DNA from: a virus
Length of the DNA: 64,000 nucleotides
Virus record (IMG/VR): IMGVR_UViG_3300035199_000659
Span: 32,006-96,005 of that record
Direction: 5' to 3' (one strand)
Shown: positions 57,543 through 64,000 of the stretch, piece by piece
How the letters are laid out: every line of letters begins with the position of its first letter
How positions within the stretch are numbered: position 1 is the first letter of the stretch
Notes under the pieces: generated by a model
The model's input: the letters and a program-made list of their open reading frames with translations, nothing else
The model's database searches: none
Told to the model about the DNA's origin: nothing
Translations under genes and position numbers: made by a program

Positions 57543-58292
57543 TTACCGGCAAGCTTTGGCTTTGACAACACCACTTTGACAGAGGGCCTGTAAAGAGTGC
57601 TCTAAATTCAAAACTTGAATGGGTTGCACCCAAATTAGGTTTCCGATAACTTGCAAGGCCGGCCGGTGTTCTATATCAACACCCCATAAAACACCTACAA
57701 TTTTACCATTGACGTCATAGACAATAGAGCCACTGCAGCCAAACCAACCATGGGTGTGAAGAAGTATCTGCACCCCGGCGCCATTAAGTACTTCGTAGCC
57801 CGCTACACGCCCTCTGAAGGTCATTAATTGATGGGATGATGGAAACCCAGAGTAGGTAATTTCATCGCCCACAGCGGCTAATTTCTCGCGAGGGGAATAT
57901 TTGAGTGGTACCACATTTTCGAATTGCTCAACCAGATAAAGAATGGCTATATCGTGTAAAGGATCCCCATGCACCAGAATTCCCTTTTTTATTTCACCGC
58001 CCTTCATTACCCAGTAATCTGCTCCTAGAGAACCCTCGACAACGTGCTGTGCCGTGAGCACCAACGTGAGTCCTTTATATTTTATAAGAGAACCAGAGCC
58101 ATGACCCCCTCTGGAAGTGACCACTCTTACGGCGGCATCTCTTACCTTCTTTTCTGTGCTAGACATAACTGAACTAACCGGTACTGGCTCAGTATTGATC
58201 TTAGAGTCAAATGTGTTGGCTATTTTGGCCCCATTGGCCATCGCAGGCTGGACACACATCAGCGCTGCTGCTAAAAATAGTAAATGTTTCAT
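57543..58292 (-). CDS. Secreted trypsin-like serine protease
   Basis: Signal peptide (AMA site); LTAQHV, DIAIL, GCSGS triad. Confidence 0.85.
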   Translation of the reverse strand: MKHLLFLAAALMCVQPAMANGAKIANTFDSKINTEPVPVSSVMSSTEKKVRDAAVRVVTSRGGHGSGSLIKYKGLTLVLTAQHVVEGSLGADYWVMKGGEIKKGILVHGDPLHDIAILYLVEQFENVVPLKYSPREKLAAVGDEITYSGFPSSHQLMTFRGRVAGYEVLNGAGVQILLHTHGWFGCSGSIVYDVNGKIVGVLWGVDIEHRPALQVIGNLIWVQPIQVLNLEHSLQALCQSGVVKAKACR

Positions 58293-58318
58293 ACGGTTCT
58301 CCTGTATATTTATAATTA

Positions 58319-59917
58319 TTACACACACTCAGAAACGGGATTATAACTGACATAAATATTAGATCCCGCTACCGGTATGTTTCCCTCATTGAAGCTAATG
58401 GCATTGGCTGTACTGTCGTAGGTCCACTCGGTGGAAATCACTCCATCCACTTCTATGTGAATGGTTTCCTCAACGGCTTGCTTTGTAAGGGTAAAAGATG
58501 TTTTAAGAATAGATTCGTTTGCTAGAGTCTCGAGAGGGGTACCCCAGTCATCAGCACAGATTGAAAGGAAGGTGCCATGCAGGTAACTGACTACGGTGTG
58601 GTATAAATGGGCTTCAACCGCGCCGCCGTTGGTGCTGCACCCACCCGGATAATCTCCAGCTACAGCATGGGCCGTAACATAATCCGCGCCGCCCTTGAGA
58701 GCAGTAATATATGTGTAGAATGTTGTGGGCGTTGTGGTTGAGTGGTCATCCTCATCTGATACAAAAATTACAATTAGTTTTGCATCATTTCTCCAAAAGG
58801 CGCTCCCGGGCCCAAAATCAGACCCGGTCTGAAGTGCCTCATAGGCATAATGGATCCCCTTCTCGTGCGCACTGCCGTGCGTGCCTATCCCGTCGATGAT
58901 GTCCTGAACATCGCCCACTGGATCAATAGCAGTGTCATCGATTACGCCTCCGACACTGATAGCAGAGTCAGTAGTGATGAACCCTATGTGATAATCAATT
59001 CCAGATAAGATAAACACGTTCATGAAGCTTTCGATATTGTTGGTAAGGTTCACTTGATTGGTACGCATGGAGCCGGAATTATCCACTACAAATAATATGT
59101 CGACTTCGTTTATTTCATTTTGTTCGAACGTCTCTTCATATACCGAGCCATAGCTGCCAATAGCGGTTTGTTCAGAAGTTGCTATTGGGGTATATGGGTC
59201 ATTAGAGTAAACTTCAATGTCGCCATAATCAATTTCTAAATCCATAGGGTTATGAAACACTTCCACCATGGCATAAGTCCCGGGAGCGATTGTCCATGGC
59301 AGGGGCCCATTAATACTTTCGTAATCGTTAATCCCCAAATCTGCAGGATATGTAATGAAATAGTCGATGCGATCTACTATGAGATCAACGTTCCCCAAGT
59401 TCCAAATATAGATTTCTTGAGCCTCTTCACAACCAACAAGCGTGGTACCGAAGTCGTAGTAGTCAGGATCGATCCAAACAACGGGGGCATCACCAGTCCC
59501 AGTAATGGGAACTTCCACGCGCCACTCGTCGGGGTCGTTGGAGTCGATTTGGATGGCCCCCACATCACTTGAGTATGTATTGGGGTTATATGTGACACTG
59601 AAAGTAGCCTCTTCCCCCGGCTCCAATTCGCCATCGCTATCGCTGAGGGCTGTTAAATTATAAACGGCACCATCTGCATTGAGAGTAATATCACTTAAAG
59701 TGAGTGTATCTACTCCGACATTGCCAATCGTAATAATTTGGGTATCCGATTCTGATTCGGCATTGAGGGCCCCAAAATTGATTTCTGTCGGCTCTACAGT
59801 AATATCGGGAACACTTTCCCCGGGAATAGGCTTGTCCTTAATCTTTGTGACACCGTAATCGCTATGACACGCTGCCAATATACTTAAGAAAGTGATTGTT
59901 TTCCATATGCGCCCCAT
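58319..59917 (-). CDS. Lipoprotein with Ig-like (choice-of-anchor D) repeats and vWA domain
   Basis: Lipobox LAAC; two SNDP-containing Ig repeats; MIDAS DILFVVDNSGSM; VSDEDD. Confidence 0.85.
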   Translation of the reverse strand: MGRIWKTITFLSILAACHSDYGVTKIKDKPIPGESVPDITVEPTEINFGALNAESESDTQIITIGNVGVDTLTLSDITLNADGAVYNLTALSDSDGELEPGEEATFSVTYNPNTYSSDVGAIQIDSNDPDEWRVEVPITGTGDAPVVWIDPDYYDFGTTLVGCEEAQEIYIWNLGNVDLIVDRIDYFITYPADLGINDYESINGPLPWTIAPGTYAMVEVFHNPMDLEIDYGDIEVYSNDPYTPIATSEQTAIGSYGSVYEETFEQNEINEVDILFVVDNSGSMRTNQVNLTNNIESFMNVFILSGIDYHIGFITTDSAISVGGVIDDTAIDPVGDVQDIIDGIGTHGSAHEKGIHYAYEALQTGSDFGPGSAFWRNDAKLIVIFVSDEDDHSTTTPTTFYTYITALKGGADYVTAHAVAGDYPGGCSTNGGAVEAHLYHTVVSYLHGTFLSICADDWGTPLETLANESILKTSFTLTKQAVEETIHIEVDGVISTEWTYDSTANAISFNEGNIPVAGSNIYVSYNPVSECV

Positions 59918-59941
59918 ACTTTTAACTATAAGGAGGAGCAG

Positions 59942-60094
59942 CTATTCTCGCAAGAAAACAAAATTAAGTAAAAAAATATTAAGAATACTTAGTAGTTGGA
60001 GCGAAAAATCACCCATATAGGTGGCTAGTCCAAACAAAAAGATGTTTATTATAATCGCCGATAGGGAACTGTAGAGGATTATCTTGCTAAGCAC
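59942..60094 (-). CDS. Small two-TM membrane protein (not in ORF track)
   Basis: GTG start behind GGGAG; 50 aa, almost entirely hydrophobic. Confidence 0.45.
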   Translation of the reverse strand: MLSKIILYSSLSAIIINIFLFGLATYMGDFSLQLLSILNIFLLNFVFLRE

Positions 60095-60130
60095 CGCCGG
60101 AGTCTCCCTTATTTATAGGTAGGTTCCCAA

Positions 60131-60373
60131 CTATGAAACGGAGATGACCTCTACGCTCCCGGGCAAGCACTCTTTTATTGTCCCGGTTTGAAATATATAT
60201 ACATCGACGGCGGGCCACATGGGTATTTGTTGATCGTCGCGATGCTTAATTTCACTAATTACAACACCCTTTCGATAAATATACTCGTTGTCTCGGGACC
60301 CATAGTGCATTTTTAATTTCACTAAGTCACCCTTCTTTATCTCCCACACAAACCGGTCGCGGTCAAACATCAT
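60131..60373 (-). CDS. Small SH3-like protein
   Basis: IKKGDLVKL...GVVI...VDVY. Confidence 0.55.
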   Translation of the reverse strand: MMFDRDRFVWEIKKGDLVKLKMHYGSRDNEYIYRKGVVISEIKHRDDQQIPMWPAVDVYIFQTGTIKECLPGSVEVISVS

Positions 60374-60828
60374 AGTCTAGACATTTCCGCGGCCATCCAC
60401 GCGTCCGCCCGCGAAGAAGTGGGAAAAGTGGGAGACAGCCCGGCAAGATAACGAGAGGTACCTGATTCCAGCGCCGCCCATTGCCATTGCCAGTTGGTTT
60501 CCTTGCAAAAAATGAGGCCCCCGACGATTTGGCAGTTTTTGAACGACGCCACATCAATAGTTTTAAGGTATTTTGCAAAGACGCGATTTTTTCTTTTTTG
60601 TATTTTTTTTTCTGATTTGAGACTCTCCTCGGATTCCCGACCTTGCGGCAAATCGCTCCTCAAAATCATAATCTTCGATCCGCGAAGTTTTTCCGTAAAA
60701 TTTTCCTTAATTTCTTCCTCATAATATTTCCCTACACTCGCAGGGTCATGATATTCAAACACATAAAACGGTGCTTTCGCTCGTTTCCCATTTTTAAACA
60801 GTTTATACACATTCCAATTATAGCTCAA
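60370..60828 (-). CDS. Hypothetical protein
   Basis: Operon-coupled 152-aa ORF. Confidence 0.6.
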   Translation of the reverse strand: MSYNWNVYKLFKNGKRAKAPFYVFEYHDPASVGKYYEEEIKENFTEKLRGSKIMILRSDLPQGRESEESLKSEKKIQKRKNRVFAKYLKTIDVASFKNCQIVGGLIFCKETNWQWQWAALESGTSRYLAGLSPTFPTSSRADAWMAAEMSRL

Positions 60829-61102
60829 TTGATTCTCCTTTTATTGATTGCCATTTCATTATACCAAGAAAGATAGACATTTTTAAGTAATCTTCTTCTA
60901 AGTAATTATTTAAGTAACGATCGCCCTCTCCATTCGCATCCGAGGCCCATCTGATTTTCCAAAAATACATATCGTCAAGAGCCATATCAATTCGATGAAT
61001 ACGCTCCATTAATACACCAACATCACCACTAGCCTTATCGATAATAATATCACCGACAGATAGCGCTATGACACCGACTTCTTCTTCTATTGCATCGATC
61101 AT
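60818..61102 (-). CDS. Small SH3-like protein
   Basis: LSVGDIIID...DVGVL...WKIRW. Confidence 0.6.
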   Translation of the reverse strand: MIDAIEEEVGVIALSVGDIIIDKASGDVGVLMERIHRIDMALDDMYFWKIRWASDANGEGDRYLNNYLEEDYLKMSIFLGIMKWQSIKGESIEL

Positions 61103-61105
61103 ACA

Positions 61106-61465
61106 TTAAATACTTTTGTAAAGCAATAAAGCACCCGAATCAAATAAAATCTCAAGGCCCTCTTCCGTATACGTTTGAAGTCGATCATGTACAGGGAACA
61201 CATTGGGCCCAGTCCAATACAGGTCCCACACCATCACCGGCGCGCCCTCATCGTAACCCTCTTGCCATTCTTCTTCGAAGATGTCGTAACGACGCAATAA
61301 AACGCCTACATCGCGGTTAATGATATCGTACACAACATCTCCCACATTGAATATGGGTTTTTTATAGCGCCCCTTCTTTGTTGACAAAGTTAATATTGAG
61401 CCAATTGCGACGATTGGTGCATTGAAGCGCGTACTGCTCCAAAATTTGGCCCTGCTCCCCACCAC
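61106..61465 (-). CDS. Small SH3-like protein (start uncertain)
   Basis: FNVGDVVYD...DVGVL...WDLYW; paralogue of 60818-61102. Confidence 0.55.
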   Translation of the reverse strand: MVGSRAKFWSSTRFNAPIVAIGSILTLSTKKGRYKKPIFNVGDVVYDIINRDVGVLLRRYDIFEEEWQEGYDEGAPVMVWDLYWTGPNVFPVHDRLQTYTEEGLEILFDSGALLLYKSI

Positions 61466-61640
61466 TAACTATGCAGTTATTGGCAGGAACCTTAAGCACA
61501 TCAACTTTTTTCTCTAACACGATAGGGCCGATGCGTTTTTGAGCCGCAAATGGCGCGGGAATGCCTTCGTGTGCGCCTACATCGGCACTACACCACAAAA
61601 AAATCGCGGTTATGAAGAAAGCAGTTAAAAATTTAGCCAT
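61362..61640 (-). CDS. Small secreted protein
   Basis: N-terminal signal peptide; GGAG RBS. Confidence 0.5.
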   Translation of the reverse strand: MAKFLTAFFITAIFLWCSADVGAHEGIPAPFAAQKRIGPIVLEKKVDVLKVPANNCIVSGGEQGQILEQYALQCTNRRNWLNINFVNKEGAL

Positions 61641-61675
61641 TATTTATATCTCCAAAATGATACCACATATGTAGT

Positions 61676-61873
61676 CTACACAACCACGTAATGTCCATGA
61701 TTATCCCAAATTACCCAACTTAATTTTCCTATCTTGGGAAACTTGACCTGCATCATGCCGGTATCCTCATCGATTTGTGTCACCATTCCAAGAGAACGCT
61801 TAAGCGGGGACATGTCTTTAATAAAATCGCCTTCGTACGCAATGCGTCGTTGGGCAGCAAATGGGTCTCTCAT
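61676..61873 (-). CDS. Small SH3-like protein
   Basis: YEGDFIKD...LGMV...VKF. Confidence 0.5.
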   Translation of the reverse strand: MRDPFAAQRRIAYEGDFIKDMSPLKRSLGMVTQIDEDTGMMQVKFPKIGKLSWVIWDNHGHYVVV

Positions 61874-61874
61874 A

Positions 61875-62132
61875 CTATACCTTGATTCGGTCGATAATGT
61901 AGGGGTGGTGATAGGACAGGTCCTTATACAACTTTTTCATCACCTTCTTGGTGATTTCGGCAATCTCTTCCTTAGTCGACTTGGAGTTGAGCGCCTTTGA
62001 AAGCTCTTCTTCGAGAGCAGACTTAAGTTCCTTCTTGATTGACTTGTCCAATTCCTTGGAAATCATGGATTTGATTTCAACCTTATCGGATTTGGTCAAT
62101 TCTTCAAGAATCAGTGTTTTAACGATATCCAT
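61875..62132 (-). CDS. Small helical protein
   Basis: LILEELTKSD...; preceded by the ACTATTTA motif. Confidence 0.55.
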   Translation of the reverse strand: MDIVKTLILEELTKSDKVEIKSMISKELDKSIKKELKSALEEELSKALNSKSTKEEIAEITKKVMKKLYKDLSYHHPYIIDRIKV

Positions 62133-62237
62133 TGTTAGTATCATACCATAAATAGTACCAAAAGTCAATGAGACTACTTAAAATGCTCAGAAATCTTAGC
62201 AGATTATCTCTGAAGGATTCAAGAATGAGGCTCGAAG

Positions 62238-62537
62238 CTATATGACTGTCTTGTTGTGACGAAGGACCTTGTGGGGCACGGCCGCACCCCCGCTGCTGAA
62301 TATATCAACAGCGCCATTCTTATTTCGTACGACATAGCCCTCCCACTTGCATGTAATCATATTCATTGGGTCTATCATGATTCGAGTAGCTATAACGTTA
62401 TTCGAACAATACGCCTCCGCGGTCTGGCCCTCGCGCCCACCATACATCGTCCAATATATGCTCCCGCGACACAGTGGGCACATCGGTATTAACTCGATTG
62501 CCGGTCCGATTAACTTGCGCGCATATCGCTTGCTCAT
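62238..62537 (-). CDS. Putative zinc-binding protein
   Basis: CPLC...C...C. Confidence 0.5.
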   Translation of the reverse strand: MSKRYARKLIGPAIELIPMCPLCRGSIYWTMYGGREGQTAEAYCSNNVIATRIMIDPMNMITCKWEGYVVRNKNGAVDIFSSGGAAVPHKVLRHNKTVI

Positions 62538-62545
62538 AACTGTAC

Positions 62546-62797
62546 CTATTGAACCCGTACGCTGTTAACTACTTTTAAAAACCGTGCGTTGTTAACTCTC
62601 TTTTTCTCCGCGTACTGGTTATCCTCTTTGAACCAATATACTACTACGCTCTCACTATTGTCCTTAAATTGGTTGGCTTTAATCTCCAATATGATGCCAT
62701 ATGGCCTGTGATTAGCTGCTTCTGGTATAGAGTCAATTGCATAATCGTACGTTCTCGTCACTAGATCCCCCACGTGGAGCTTTGTATGCCGGCTCAC
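62546..62797 (-). CDS. Small SH3-like protein
   Basis: LHVGDLVTR...YGII...VVYW...LKVV. Confidence 0.6.
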   Translation of the reverse strand: MSRHTKLHVGDLVTRTYDYAIDSIPEAANHRPYGIILEIKANQFKDNSESVVVYWFKEDNQYAEKKRVNNARFLKVVNSVRVQ

Positions 62798-63021
62798 CCT
62801 TCATGTCTCTTCTTGAATTGCTCTATTCTCTGGGCCATTACCATAGCCCTCTCACGTGCCTCTGCTTCCTGCAGCAGGTCCAATGCCATGGCGCATACAT
62901 CCGGCAGCCATACGGCGGCCTGTGTTGGGTCTAGCTGCCCGCTAATGCTACGATCGTATAGGTCTCGCAATTTTTCTTTGGGTATTTTTTGAGACATGCA
63001 TGGTTCCGCCTTTCTCTTCAC
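62794..63021 (-). CDS. Hypothetical protein
   Basis: ATGA coupling to the downstream gene. Confidence 0.45.
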   Translation of the reverse strand: MKRKAEPCMSQKIPKEKLRDLYDRSISGQLDPTQAAVWLPDVCAMALDLLQEAEARERAMVMAQRIEQFKKRHEG

Positions 63022-63224
63022 TTAAATATAATGTTAAAATATTGTTAACCATAAGTTTGAGAATTTTTTAGGCGCAGATCGAGAAGGGGTAAGGCACAGC
63101 CTACGCCCCATGTCAAGTACCGAGACATACATTCGGGTACGGGGGTAGGGGGAGGGTACCCCCATATGGTAGGTGTAACCTTGGTTATTTAGAAGTGATA
63201 CATTTTGATACATGTAGTGTGACA

Positions 63225-63262
63225 TGTCAAATGTTTGTCAAGTGAGTGTCAGTTACTTGTCA
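63225..63262 (+). repeat. Four TGTCA direct repeats with exact 11-bp period
   Basis: TGTCA at 63225, 63236, 63247 and 63258. Confidence 0.85.
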
Positions 63263-63399
63263 GTTCTCCTGTATACGTGGTGGTATACTAAGCCAACGTA
63301 GACACATGCTATCACTGGTGCCCAGTACAATGTGTGGGCTGCTATGTCTCTTGTTAGTTTACTGTAAAGCTTTATTCTTTTTGTAGTAGTCTCGCGCAT
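63253..63399 (-). CDS. Small membrane protein (48 aa, not in ORF track)
   Basis: GGAGG RBS and upstream ACTATTTA; TM LYWAPVIACVYVGLVY. Confidence 0.45.
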   Translation of the reverse strand: MRETTTKRIKLYSKLTRDIAAHTLYWAPVIACVYVGLVYHHVYRRTDK

Positions 63400-64000
63400 A
63401 AACCGGTTAGGCCTCCGTGATTAAATAGTATTAGTCTCGCCACAATCGTACGTCGGAGCCTCGCGCACTCCCCCGTTAACGCATTGTCGCATTTTGTAGC
63501 ATTAAAAAAGCTCTGCGATTACAGTAACTTAGTTAGCAGCTCCCTTAAAGGGAAAGGATTAAGGTTGTGTCTCCGTGTGCTGTCACACTCTCGGGCTAAT
63601 GTTTATTTGTAGCATAATGTAACATGGCGTGTTACGCTGGACGCCGGCGCATTATTGGCTGCGTCCGACGACAAAGGTTTGTTTGAAAACGCATAGGTGT
63701 AGGCCGCATGCTGTCGCATTTGTCACATCGTATATGTTACAACCCTATACAAAAGTATACGGTCATTAAATGGCTTGACACGAAATAGTGCTTGACATGC
63801 GTTGGGTGTGTATATACTAAACCCCTAAAGATACAGGCAGCATCATTCACAACCACTTAAAAAACAAACACATTGACGGCTCCTTAATCATGGCACTGTA
63901 AACCACCATAGACCACTGTGTATTAAAGTGTGACACGTGTGCATATGCTAATAGCATGCTGATAAAATGCCAATCTCACATTGAACCCCTACCATGCCAG

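Noticed and set aside
8-63000. Plus-strand ORFs in the track (for example 21981-22712, 42010-42861, 11781-12398)
   Set aside because: All are antisense shadows of well-supported minus-strand genes and show no motifs
63034-63225. 63-aa ORF
   Set aside because: It overlaps the G-rich and repeat elements, with no RBS or protein-like features
63792-63818. Plus-strand sigma70 promoter TTGACA...TATACT
   Set aside because: The spacer is only 15 nt and no downstream gene is visible in the window

Overview
A 64 kb segment of a large, T4-like myophage genome. Essentially all genes lie on the minus strand and are tightly packed. In window order: (1) baseplate module (gp6-like wedge, gp25-like, a 2205-aa protein, a spike/hub-like protein) and three paralogues that share an N-terminal domain but carry different peptidoglycan-active C-terminal domains; (2) a phage sigma factor; (3) a ~17 kb, 21-gene glycan biosynthesis island; (4) a Cas4-like nuclease, a zincin and PIN-PhoH; (5) three tRNAs, an unexplained double-pseudoknot element and a tmRNA; (6) acidic putative head proteins and a family of unrelated enzymes that all start with the leader MKLLLENWRxYLxE, four in a tandem array with near-identical 5' DNA; (7) fibre/beta-propeller proteins, Nudix, a secreted protease and a vWA lipoprotein; (8) many small SH3/KOW-like ORFs; (9) a mostly non-coding end with phased TGTCA repeats and a G-quadruplex motif. 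The best candidates for undescribed systems are the leader-tagged cargo cassette array, the three-way modular baseplate lysin set and the tRNA-linked pseudoknot RNA. All protein calls come from motif recognition by eye; no searches were run.
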